63,451 nt of DNA from a virus, in the IMG/VR virus record IMGVR_UViG_3300033512_000504; one strand, written 5' to 3'. Each line of letters opens with the position of its first letter. The stretch's first letter is position 1. Shown here in pieces: positions 10,921-19,859 of the stretch. The translations under genes were made by a program, and so were the position numbers. The notes under the pieces are model-generated. The model saw only the letters and a program-made list of their open reading frames with translations, had not been told where the DNA came from and did not search any database.

Positions 10921-11777
10921 TATTCTCCCAAAGCCCAGTCAACGCCAACAAAAGGCAATGACGATATAATTGGACCAACAGCACTAGATCTTTCTTGCGG
11001 CTTAAATACTACATGCAGTTTCATATTTATTCCGTCGCCAGTAATTGTTATTGCAGATGAAGTTTCTACCGATTCCAAATATAACAAATCGACTCCTTTA
11101 TTATAATATTCTATAGATCCATTAACTTCTTGCATTCCAACTCGTATTTTAACAGGATCAAGTGAATATGTAATATTGCCACCAGCAGTATAAACAGGTT
11201 TACAATTATTATTAACGTTAAATGTAATAGCACGTATAGCGTCATCAGAGCCACCCAAGTCTACAGATACACTTATATCGTCCCATGTAAGTAGAACTTC
11301 TTCTTCTTCATATCTTTCATCGTATGCTCCATCAGCACAAGCTACTCCAATTATATCAGCAGATACAGTACATATATCTCCTGCCGTTGCTGTAAACGAA
11401 TATGTATTAATTTTGCAAGCACTAAAAACTCTGATTATACCGCATGTATATGCAACTGACACCTCAAAATCGTCACCTGTTCTGGCATATTCAAATAATG
11501 GATCTGCTGATAACCCCGTAATTGGATATGAAATTCCACCTTGGTAAATTTTAACACTAGGACGCATTATTTTTTTTTGGGGCTTAAGTGCAGCTGTATC
11601 TGATTTGCCAGAGAATATATCAGCACCACCGCCAGCAACACTATCCCTTAAACCAAAAATATGATCGTAAAACAACGGACTTTGTATTGCCTGCATAGAA
11701 AAATCATTGCAACGTAATTTATTACCTGCAATTGATGCAATACCCATATATCCGGGTTTAATTGTTCCTAATGCCAT
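10920..11777 (-). CDS. phage tail tube-like protein
   Basis: ACKINTYSFTATAGDICTVSADIIG and ITFNVNNN...GMQEVNGSI pattern typical of tail tube proteins. Confidence 0.6.
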   Translation of the reverse strand: MALGTIKPGYMGIASIAGNKLRCNDFSMQAIQSPLFYDHIFGLRDSVAGGGADIFSGKSDTAALKPQKKIMRPSVKIYQGGISYPITGLSADPLFEYARTGDDFEVSVAYTCGIIRVFSACKINTYSFTATAGDICTVSADIIGVACADGAYDERYEEEEVLLTWDDISVSVDLGGSDDAIRAITFNVNNNCKPVYTAGGNITYSLDPVKIRVGMQEVNGSIEYYNKGVDLLYLESVETSSAITITGDGINMKLHVVFKPQERSSAVGPIISSLPFVGVDWALGE

Positions 11778-11812
11778 ATTGTTCCGGGTTTAATTGTTTC
11801 TAATGCCATATT
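11751..11812. repeat. 30-bp direct repeat (period 32) duplicating the tail-tube start region
   Basis: TCCGGGTTTAATTGTTYCTAATGCCATATT at 11751 and 11783. Confidence 0.85.
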
Positions 11813-13874
11813 ACTCTATGCCAAGCTCATCTTCATCTTCATCTTCTGTGTTATCGTTTTTGTCGGCTTTATTGGCTTTATCGGTTTTTGCACCAGATTC
11901 TGTAAATTTGCATTTAGGATAAAGACTACATCCGAAAAAGACATTACCGTATTTTTTATTCTTTCTTTCCAATAATTGTCCGTCCCTCCCTGCTTTTTCA
12001 CATTCAGGACATATTCTTCCAGTTGATTTTGGCTTAACAGACTGTTTTACTTTGAATGTACCATCTTCACAGGCGGTATAAATGGTTTTGCAGGTAGGAT
12101 ATTGATCACAACTAAAGAAGTCGCCAAACTTACCATGTTTCTTCACAATAAAACCAGTTTCGCATTGTGCACATTTTTCTTCAGTTGTCACATCAGACTT
12201 TCTCGGTGAATCTTTATCGTTAGCTTTCACTTTTTTAATTTCTTCCTGCAATATGTTATATGTATCTTGAATAACTGATAAATATTCCTTTTTATTATCT
12301 GCAATATCTCCAAGCTGATCTTCTAATTGAGCAGTAAAATGTATATCCATGAAAAAATCTTTAAAATTAGATTGAAGGAATTCATAAACTCTCATTCCAA
12401 GGTCAGTAGCTGCTAAAGAACCTTTTGACGTTTTTGCATTGTCAACATATCCCCTTTTCTTGATCGATTCCATAATTGAAGCATATGTTGACGGTCTACC
12501 TACGCCCTCTGATTCAAGTTTTTTAACTAAACTGGCTTCATTGTATCTCGGAGGAGCTTGGGTTGTATGTTTAGAATGCTTCAAATCATTAAGCTTGAGT
12601 TTATCCTTTTTTTCGACTACAGGAAGATCATTTTCCTGAGTATTTGCATACGGATAATGCTTTGACCATCCATCAAATTTAACTGTTTGCCCTTTCGCAA
12701 CTAATTCTTTCCCACAACTTGACTTAATAGTGTATACTACTGTATCCATTACCATAGGCGTCATTTGAGAAGATATAAATCTACTTCTAATTAGTTTATA
12801 TAACTTTTTCTCGTCTGGATCTCCGATATCGTCACCACAATCTTCACAATGAGTAGGCCTAATACATTCATGGGCTTCTTGAGCTGATGATTTAGATTTC
12901 TTTTTATAAAAATTTGGCTTGGAAGGTAAATAGTCGTCGTTTAAAGATGTTTTAATTAAATTGCGTACTTCTGTCATCGCCTCTTCTGCTATATTGAATG
13001 AATCAGTTCTAATATACGTACATTTTCCACTCTCGTATAACTTTTGAGCCAGCATTGTTGTCTTTTTTACTGACCATTTGTATATTGAGGTTGCTGCCTG
13101 TAACATAGATGATGTATCAAACGGAGGATTAGGACTTGATTTTTTCTCTTTACGTTCAATATCACTGACTGAAAATTCCGCTTTTTTTAATTCAGCTAAA
13201 TCATCAAGTGATAATTTTTCGTCCAGATAACGATTATCTTTGTCTTTTGTAACAACTTTAGCCCAAAACTCGCCAGTTGATCCTGCCAATAAAGCATCAA
13301 TATACCAAAAATCAGTTGGTTTGAAATCTAATATCTCTTTTTCTTTTTCTGCCACTATTTTCAAAGCTATAGACTGTACTCTACCCGCCGATGTTCCCGC
13401 TCCTACAGAAAACCACAATAATGGAGATATCTTATAACCGACTAAACGATCCAATATCTGTCTGGCCTGTTGAGCATGAACTTGATCCATATCGATATCT
13501 CTTTTGTTTTCAATTGATTTCAAAACAGCAGATTTTGTTATAGCAGAGAATGTTGCTCGTTTACATTTAGCTTTGCATTCCTTATTAAATAAATCATAAA
13601 TATGCCACGCTATAGCCTCTCCTTCTCGGTCTTCGTCGGTTGCCAATATAATTTCATCCGCTTTTGCCGCAGCATCTTTTAAATCCTTAACAACTTGCCG
13701 TTTGTCAGGAGATACCTCGAAAGTTGGTGTAAAATTATTTTTGATGTCAATATTTATACCTTTTTTGGGAATACTACGGACATGACCTACAGAAGCTTTG
13801 ATGACATATTCGCTTCCAAGAATTTTTCTTAATGTCGCTATTTTGTTTGGACTTTCCACTATAAATAATTTCAT
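11811..13874 (-). CDS. topA: DNA topoisomerase IA
   Basis: IVESPNK, ATDEDREGEAI, SAGRVQS, TYIRTDS, QEAHECIRPT, C-terminal Zn ribbons. Confidence 0.97.
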   Translation of the reverse strand: MKLFIVESPNKIATLRKILGSEYVIKASVGHVRSIPKKGINIDIKNNFTPTFEVSPDKRQVVKDLKDAAAKADEIILATDEDREGEAIAWHIYDLFNKECKAKCKRATFSAITKSAVLKSIENKRDIDMDQVHAQQARQILDRLVGYKISPLLWFSVGAGTSAGRVQSIALKIVAEKEKEILDFKPTDFWYIDALLAGSTGEFWAKVVTKDKDNRYLDEKLSLDDLAELKKAEFSVSDIERKEKKSSPNPPFDTSSMLQAATSIYKWSVKKTTMLAQKLYESGKCTYIRTDSFNIAEEAMTEVRNLIKTSLNDDYLPSKPNFYKKKSKSSAQEAHECIRPTHCEDCGDDIGDPDEKKLYKLIRSRFISSQMTPMVMDTVVYTIKSSCGKELVAKGQTVKFDGWSKHYPYANTQENDLPVVEKKDKLKLNDLKHSKHTTQAPPRYNEASLVKKLESEGVGRPSTYASIMESIKKRGYVDNAKTSKGSLAATDLGMRVYEFLQSNFKDFFMDIHFTAQLEDQLGDIADNKKEYLSVIQDTYNILQEEIKKVKANDKDSPRKSDVTTEEKCAQCETGFIVKKHGKFGDFFSCDQYPTCKTIYTACEDGTFKVKQSVKPKSTGRICPECEKAGRDGQLLERKNKKYGNVFFGCSLYPKCKFTESGAKTDKANKADKNDNTEDEDEDELGIE

Positions 13875-13961
13875 ATATTAAACCTTTTGTTTTATTATCT
13901 GCATTTGGCTTTATTATACAGTTAAAAAGGAGGAAAATTATAATTTATTGAATAAATTACC

Positions 13962-15251
13962 ATGGATAAATATCAGTATATGTTCGATTACGCTCCAGTA
14001 TCTATTTGGGAAGAGGATTGGAGTCACGTAAAAATTCTTCTAGATGGCATTAGAGCAATTGTCAAACCAGAAGAGATAGGTTCCTATTTTACCAATAATC
14101 CTAATTTTTTAAATCAATTAGTAGGCTCAATAAAAATAACAAGAGTCAACAAAAAATGTTCAGATATATATGACGCCAACTCAAAAAACGAACTACTCGT
14201 ACAACCACTACAAAAGACATTTTCATATAATAGCTACGTAACTTTTCAAAAAGAAATGGAAGCTCTTTATAGAGGCGATTCGTTTTTCGAACATGAAACA
14301 GAGAGAACAACATTGTCAGGAAAAACAGTATATATCTATCTGAAAGTAAAACTGCCAACAACTGAACAAGAATATAATAATGTAATTGTAATTATGACAG
14401 ATTTAACAGAAGCAAAAACTATAAAAAATGACTATTTAAGAACCAAGAATACATTTTACCAAGCATTTCATAATGGTATGACGGGTATGGCGTTAATTGG
14501 AATGAATGGAAACATTATTGAAGTTAACCAATCTTTTTGTGATTTAACCCAATATAAAACCGATGAAATATTATGTAAAAACGTATCTCTTCTTTTTAAC
14601 AACATTATGGTTAAAAATGTATTTGACAACAAAATACCAAACTTTAAAACAAGCATCCTTTTAAGAAGAAAAGACGATCATGAAGTTTGGGTTCTTCTAG
14701 GATTAAGCATGGTGGTAGACGAGGTAGGATGCCCGTTATATTTTGTCGGACAAATTGTAGATATAAACAACGAAAAATTAAATTCTGATATATTTCAAAA
14801 AAACGTGGAAAAATATCAACAACTTTTAGACTCAACAAATGCTGTCTATTTAATTTTAAATCAAGAGGGATTGATAACAGACTCCTCAGACAACTTTAAC
14901 AAATTATTCAACTATAACGACAATGATATTAAAAACAAACCATTAAGAGCTTTAGTATCAACACAAAGTATTCCAGTATTTGACAAATCATGGGCGGCAA
15001 TAATTAAAGGACAAACAATTAATGCTGTCGAAATATCATTGGAAAAAGGTGTTATATTCAAATGGTTCAGCTTTAATGCCAGTATGTTTATTAATGGATG
15101 CACAAAGATTTTTGTACTTTTGACAGATATTACCGACAAAAAAAAACAAGAATTCCAAAAGATAATAAAACAAGAGAAGAAAAGGGATAAACTTAGGAAT
15201 AATATTCAAAGTTTAAGGGACACAATAGAGAAAATCAAAAATACAAGGTAA
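13962..15251 (+). CDS. multi-PAS sensor protein with no recognisable output domain
   Basis: APVSIWEEDWS, EVNQSFCDLTQY, RRKDDHEVWV...VGQIVDI, LLTDITDKK PAS/PAC motifs; ends in a coiled coil. Confidence 0.85.
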   Translation: MDKYQYMFDYAPVSIWEEDWSHVKILLDGIRAIVKPEEIGSYFTNNPNFLNQLVGSIKITRVNKKCSDIYDANSKNELLVQPLQKTFSYNSYVTFQKEMEALYRGDSFFEHETERTTLSGKTVYIYLKVKLPTTEQEYNNVIVIMTDLTEAKTIKNDYLRTKNTFYQAFHNGMTGMALIGMNGNIIEVNQSFCDLTQYKTDEILCKNVSLLFNNIMVKNVFDNKIPNFKTSILLRRKDDHEVWVLLGLSMVVDEVGCPLYFVGQIVDINNEKLNSDIFQKNVEKYQQLLDSTNAVYLILNQEGLITDSSDNFNKLFNYNDNDIKNKPLRALVSTQSIPVFDKSWAAIIKGQTINAVEISLEKGVIFKWFSFNASMFINGCTKIFVLLTDITDKKKQEFQKIIKQEKKRDKLRNNIQSLRDTIEKIKNTR

Positions 15252-15254
15252 ATT

Positions 15255-15641
15255 ATGTTCGGTATGACACAATATCTAATAATAGGGTCTTTTCTTAGTT
15301 CAGTTTCAATTAACTGGACTGTATTAATGGCTATCGTTGCATTTTGTCTTTCCGCAATGGCAACACTTATTAAAATTTTTGGATCAGATAGTAAGATAAA
15401 TGACCAAAACCTTAGAGATTCACCATATCTAAAATTCCTAGAACAAGAACTAAAAGAAAAAGATACAAAATTCAATAACATTAAAGAACTTGTTAACGAA
15501 CAACATACCGAAGTCGAAAAAATCAAGACAGAGCTTAACAATAACTCCAAAACAATGACAGAGTTAAAGCAAGATAACAGGGATTTGGTTCAAAGACTTG
15601 ACTACCTATTGAAACAATTCATGGAATACATGGAAGGGTAA
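15255..15641 (+). CDS. membrane-anchored coiled-coil protein (holin-like?)
   Basis: Hydrophobic N-terminus followed by a heptad-rich region. Confidence 0.55.
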   Translation: MFGMTQYLIIGSFLSSVSINWTVLMAIVAFCLSAMATLIKIFGSDSKINDQNLRDSPYLKFLEQELKEKDTKFNNIKELVNEQHTEVEKIKTELNNNSKTMTELKQDNRDLVQRLDYLLKQFMEYMEG

Positions 15642-15652
15642 TCAACATTCTC

Positions 15653-16378
15653 TCATACAAATTGCAATAATACGTTGTTATTATAATTTCTAGACAGCAT
15701 AAGTAAATTATTTGTTTCTACTTCTGTATACTCTTCTACCTCATATGCTATTTTAGAAAGCATCGATTTTGTTTTACGAAATGGCTGAAGAACCCATTTT
15801 GCTGAATTACCAACCAATTCGCCTATCTCTATGATTTCCGATTCGCCTACCAATGGACGATATAATGTCGTTCTAATTTCATAGCTAAATGTTTTCTCGA
15901 TGTTTGATTTGGCTTGTAAAAGTTGTAACGATTTCTTTATATTATTAATTGCCCCACTATATCCACAAACGATAGTGTCGTATTTAGCTGCTCCAGTTTT
16001 AATATCCATTGTGACGTGATCAATAAAACCTAATATTCGTTGTAATCTTTCGTATTCAAAACCGTTCGTGGATATTGAAACCATACATCCCCAAGATTTA
16101 ATAAGTTTGATTAAATTAATAACCTCTTCTGTGTTCTGTATGGTTATTTCTCCTCCGCTAATATGAACCCATCTACACTTCTCGCTAAGAACAAAATCTT
16201 TTATGTTTTCAATATTTATCTTGTTTAAATTTTCAAGATTATTAACTAGTGAACAATTCATGCAATAATCACAACAAAAATTACAACCTCCTAAAAAAAT
16301 CGATGGAGCAAAATTGTCCGGGCAAGCTTCACTTGATTTATTTAATCCATATATGACAGGTAATTTCAAACTCAACAT
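15653..16378 (-). CDS. radical SAM protein, anaerobic RNR/glycyl-radical activase family
   Basis: GCNFCCDYCMN, ISGGE, STNG, MDIK, EIRTT. Confidence 0.85.
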   Translation of the reverse strand: MLSLKLPVIYGLNKSSEACPDNFAPSIFLGGCNFCCDYCMNCSLVNNLENLNKINIENIKDFVLSEKCRWVHISGGEITIQNTEEVINLIKLIKSWGCMVSISTNGFEYERLQRILGFIDHVTMDIKTGAAKYDTIVCGYSGAINNIKKSLQLLQAKSNIEKTFSYEIRTTLYRPLVGESEIIEIGELVGNSAKWVLQPFRKTKSMLSKIAYEVEEYTEVETNNLLMLSRNYNNNVLLQFV

Positions 16379-16387
16379 ATGTCCTTT

Positions 16388-16945
16388 CTAGAATGGAACA
16401 ATTTCATAAATATCAGCAAATTGTTGTTGGTTAAAATTAGTTGATATTGAAGTCGATACTGTATCGCTACCATCCCTATAAACATAAAAACATTTATCCC
16501 TTACCGTTTTGGAGGAAATCATTGCATCATAAATTAATTTCCTATGACAATTGGCACCTCTACTGGTATTTTCCCAACAGCATAAAATATATAATCGATT
16601 TTCTGGCAATGAATTAAGCCAGTCATTTACTTCTATTTTCCTATCTTTCATTAATTGGTTAAAATCTTTAGTGTAAGAATCCCAATCTTGATCGTTTTTA
16701 TAACGCATTAAAAGCTTATATGTTGGACAGAAAAAATCCAATCGTTGAATAGCATTGAACTGAGACTTAATTTCAGTAAGTTTTTCAATTGGCGGATGAG
16801 AAAGGGCGATTGAATACACACAGTATTTATCTGTTTCTAAACGGACTCTGTATATTGAATCGTTGATATTTATTAAAAAATGTTTATTTTTCAATAAATT
16901 GTTAGCATCCCAAAAATTGGTAAAAAGAATAACGGGTTTTCCCAT
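16388..16945 (-). CDS. DUF488-like protein
   Basis: CPTYKLL...YTKDF...LCCWE...CHRKLI. Confidence 0.65.
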   Translation of the reverse strand: MGKPVILFTNFWDANNLLKNKHFLININDSIYRVRLETDKYCVYSIALSHPPIEKLTEIKSQFNAIQRLDFFCPTYKLLMRYKNDQDWDSYTKDFNQLMKDRKIEVNDWLNSLPENRLYILCCWENTSRGANCHRKLIYDAMISSKTVRDKCFYVYRDGSDTVSTSISTNFNQQQFADIYEIVPF

Positions 16946-16946
16946 A

Positions 16947-17198
16947 TTAAAGACCTTTTATAGCATTATCTATAGATTGATATGTAAACCCCTTCTTCCC
17001 ATACATAACAGTATCGCCTATAACACACCCGGGAATATCTTCAATCCCGAACTTTATTGCAACATCTATCGCTTCATCGGTATCGCTATCTATTAGTTTG
17101 ACATCTATATCTTTTTCGTATTTTGTAATAGCAACATCAATAAAAGATTTCATTCTTTGACAATCAGGACAATCATTTGCATATATAAGTAAGATCAT
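16947..17198 (-). CDS. thioredoxin/glutaredoxin-like protein
   Basis: CPDC active site, GIEDIP cis-Pro motif. Confidence 0.85.
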   Translation of the reverse strand: MILLIYANDCPDCQRMKSFIDVAITKYEKDIDVKLIDSDTDEAIDVAIKFGIEDIPGCVIGDTVMYGKKGFTYQSIDNAIKGL

Positions 17199-17500
17199 TA
17201 TACGCTCTTTAATTCGTTTTTCAATTTATTTTTATAAAAATCAATCAAATGAACGTTCTTGACATAGAATTCAATATTAAGCTCACCCATAATTTCTAAA
17301 TCTTTAACATATCGTTTTACCGCTTTCTTTAGAATTGTCAAAGCGTCTGTACCAAGAACCTTAAACATGTCAGCGATTGACGATAATTCTTTTGCACTTG
17401 GAAACCATTGTTCGTCTTTGTCTAAATTTGCACGGAAACAATCTTTTAAATCATCAAATCTATAATCACCTACAAAATCAAATAATTCTGTTTTTATCAT
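17198..17500 (-). CDS. hypothetical protein
   Basis: 100 aa, overlapping start and stop with neighbours. Confidence 0.55.
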   Translation of the reverse strand: MIKTELFDFVGDYRFDDLKDCFRANLDKDEQWFPSAKELSSIADMFKVLGTDALTILKKAVKRYVKDLEIMGELNIEFYVKNVHLIDFYKNKLKNELKSV

Positions 17501-17724
17501 TTTTCAGCTCGCTCTAAGTTAATTTCTTTACCTTGATATATTTTGTTTAACTCTGCAACATAATTATGCATTGCTTCAATAATTTCTTCTTCTGTCCTAT
17601 TCCCGAAAGTAGCAATATCTTTTCTATGTTTTTGCATAGGTTGCTGCTTACCATCTTTTTCAATAAGGTATAAAACAGATTGTGCTTCCTCTACATAAGA
17701 CGCCTTGACTAACGTTGCTCTCAT
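17497..17724 (-). CDS. hypothetical protein
   Basis: 75 aa, ATGA overlaps. Confidence 0.55.
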   Translation of the reverse strand: MRATLVKASYVEEAQSVLYLIEKDGKQQPMQKHRKDIATFGNRTEEEIIEAMHNYVAELNKIYQGKEINLERAEK

Positions 17725-18485
17725 AATTTTTCAATAATATTGGGTAGTTGGTGTTTAAAATTATCCATTATAACTTCTTTCATAATGCTGATTTGGCTTT
17801 CCATCGTTTCTCTGTCAGCAGCTAAAACCAACGTGGTTAATTGAGATAAACCAATTTTACCTTCTCCGCCATCTTCTCCAAAAATTTTAACCAACAACCA
17901 ATCATGAAATGTACGATAATTTTCTTTCTGCCTAATTCTAACACTACTAAAATCACCAACAACTTTATCAAGACCATCTAGTTTATTAAAAAGTTCATCA
18001 ATAATTGATTTTGTCAATGTGGTATCACTATTTGTTCTTTTTACAAAAGGGCATTGATTATTTAAAGGCAAATCTTCTCGCTTTAAACCGTATTTGCTAT
18101 AGGCTTTTTCAAATTTCGCCACCCTTTGTTCATATTCTTCTTCCGGCCATAACCCGAAGAGCCTACAGGATAATGGTCTGCGACTATAGACTTTACAATT
18201 TTTATTTTCTAAATCTAAAAGCATGCATGGTTTCTTTAGCGAATCCATCCCCCATTTTTCATATTCGTATTTAAAAAAATATTCAATACTTTTTACAACG
18301 AGATTGATTTTTTCTTCATTTGAAAAATTATTCCATATAAAAGTTATCAAATTCACAAATTCACAATAATTCATTTGCGGACAGCCAACCTTGCAACAAC
18401 AAAGTCTTCGGTCACATTCAGTGTTCAAATCGATTTGATTATATATTATATTTAATTTATCTTCTAATTTTTGTTTGTTTGACAT
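17721..18485 (-). CDS. YkgJ/CxxCxxCC-type Fe-S or Zn cluster protein
   Basis: C..LCCC, CMLLD...CKVYSRRPLSCRLFG. Confidence 0.8.
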   Translation of the reverse strand: MSNKQKLEDKLNIIYNQIDLNTECDRRLCCCKVGCPQMNYCEFVNLITFIWNNFSNEEKINLVVKSIEYFFKYEYEKWGMDSLKKPCMLLDLENKNCKVYSRRPLSCRLFGLWPEEEYEQRVAKFEKAYSKYGLKREDLPLNNQCPFVKRTNSDTTLTKSIIDELFNKLDGLDKVVGDFSSVRIRQKENYRTFHDWLLVKIFGEDGGEGKIGLSQLTTLVLAADRETMESQISIMKEVIMDNFKHQLPNIIEKL

Positions 18486-18492
18486 ATCATCC

Positions 18493-19839
18493 TTACTTTA
18501 ACTGTTTTATCACTAACGTCTTCTCATCTTTGGTTAATTGTTTTTGTAAAAATATAAATTTTGCTTTTAAATTATTTTCGACATATCTTTTTTTAGAAAC
18601 AATCCTTCGTAAATATTCCCTCCAAAATTTACAAGAAGAATTAAAACCTGTTATTTCAAGATATGTATTTTCATTTGGAAAATAAAAATCATACCTGCAA
18701 TATCCAAGTCCCTTATACCTTTGATTATACAAAAATATTTTTCCTTCCTGTCTGTATTTTAAATAAAAATAAGCTTCAGTCAAAGAATCGCATATAAATC
18801 CGTCCTTTAAATGTATCTTTTTGCAGAACGAACACTGATTTCCATCTACTCTTGACATAACCCGAGCAATCCATTCCCTCTTACACTTTTTGCACTTCCA
18901 CCATACATTTCTGTTGCTTCCCCAACTTACATCATACGGAGTTAGTTTACCATTTTTTATAGGATGCCACTCGCTTGACAGTCTCGGATTAAGCATCCCT
19001 AAAGATTTACACTTTTGGCATTGATAAAACCCATTGTGTCTTTTTAAAACAGACGCTATCCATTCATTATTGCATATTTTACATTTCCACCATACCCTTT
19101 TTTTAGACCCACGACTTACATCGTATGGCGTCAGTTTTCCATTTTTTGTAGGATGCCACTCCTTTGACAACTCCGTATTTTGATTTATCAAACAATTACA
19201 GAACTTACAAACATAACCGTCAATGGTACGACCTTTTACTGAACTAGTCCATTCCTTGTTACACTTTTTACATTTCCACCATACTTTTTTACCAGATCCT
19301 CGACTTATATCATATGGGCTAAGATTTCCATTTTTTGTAGGATGCCACTCCTCTAATAATTCTGGATTCATCATCCCTAAAGAGTTGCATCTGGCACATT
19401 TACTTATTTTACCACCTTGCGTTCTATTAAGAGGTGTCGATATCCATTCGTATTCGCATACAGAACACCTCCACCATATGTTTTTACCAGATCGCATACC
19501 AATATCATAAGGGGAAAGATTTCCGTTTTTTGTAGGATGCCATTCCTCAAGCAATTCTGAACTTTTCGACCCCAACGAGTTATTTTTTGATATTTTGTTT
19601 CCATTACAAAACGGACAGTCAACAGCACGAATACGATTATTTATTACCGATTCCCACTCTTGATTGCAATCACTACATATCCACCATACCTTTTTATTGC
19701 TACGAGGCTTAAAATCTTCCGGCTTATAGGGGTAATTTTTTGCATAATTCCACTGTTGTGACAACAATTCGTACTGTAATTGAATATTTTTCATGAGTAT
19801 GTATTCTAAACTACCAATAACTATCCTTCTTTTTTTCAA
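18493..19839 (-). CDS. tandem zinc-ribbon repeat protein with C-terminal PD-(D/E)xK-like nuclease (homing-endonuclease-like)
   Basis: Five EWHPTKNG-L-PYD..GS.K.VWWKC..C..EW repeats; C-terminal RYDFY...YLEI. Confidence 0.8.
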   Translation of the reverse strand: MKKRRIVIGSLEYILMKNIQLQYELLSQQWNYAKNYPYKPEDFKPRSNKKVWWICSDCNQEWESVINNRIRAVDCPFCNGNKISKNNSLGSKSSELLEEWHPTKNGNLSPYDIGMRSGKNIWWRCSVCEYEWISTPLNRTQGGKISKCARCNSLGMMNPELLEEWHPTKNGNLSPYDISRGSGKKVWWKCKKCNKEWTSSVKGRTIDGYVCKFCNCLINQNTELSKEWHPTKNGKLTPYDVSRGSKKRVWWKCKICNNEWIASVLKRHNGFYQCQKCKSLGMLNPRLSSEWHPIKNGKLTPYDVSWGSNRNVWWKCKKCKREWIARVMSRVDGNQCSFCKKIHLKDGFICDSLTEAYFYLKYRQEGKIFLYNQRYKGLGYCRYDFYFPNENTYLEITGFNSSCKFWREYLRRIVSKKRYVENNLKAKFIFLQKQLTKDEKTLVIKQLK

Positions 19840-19859
19840 AACAAAATAATTATGTTGAA

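Noticed and set aside
18493-19839. DNA repeat array (GGATGCCA units)
   Set aside because: The repeats are the coding zinc-ribbon modules of one protein.
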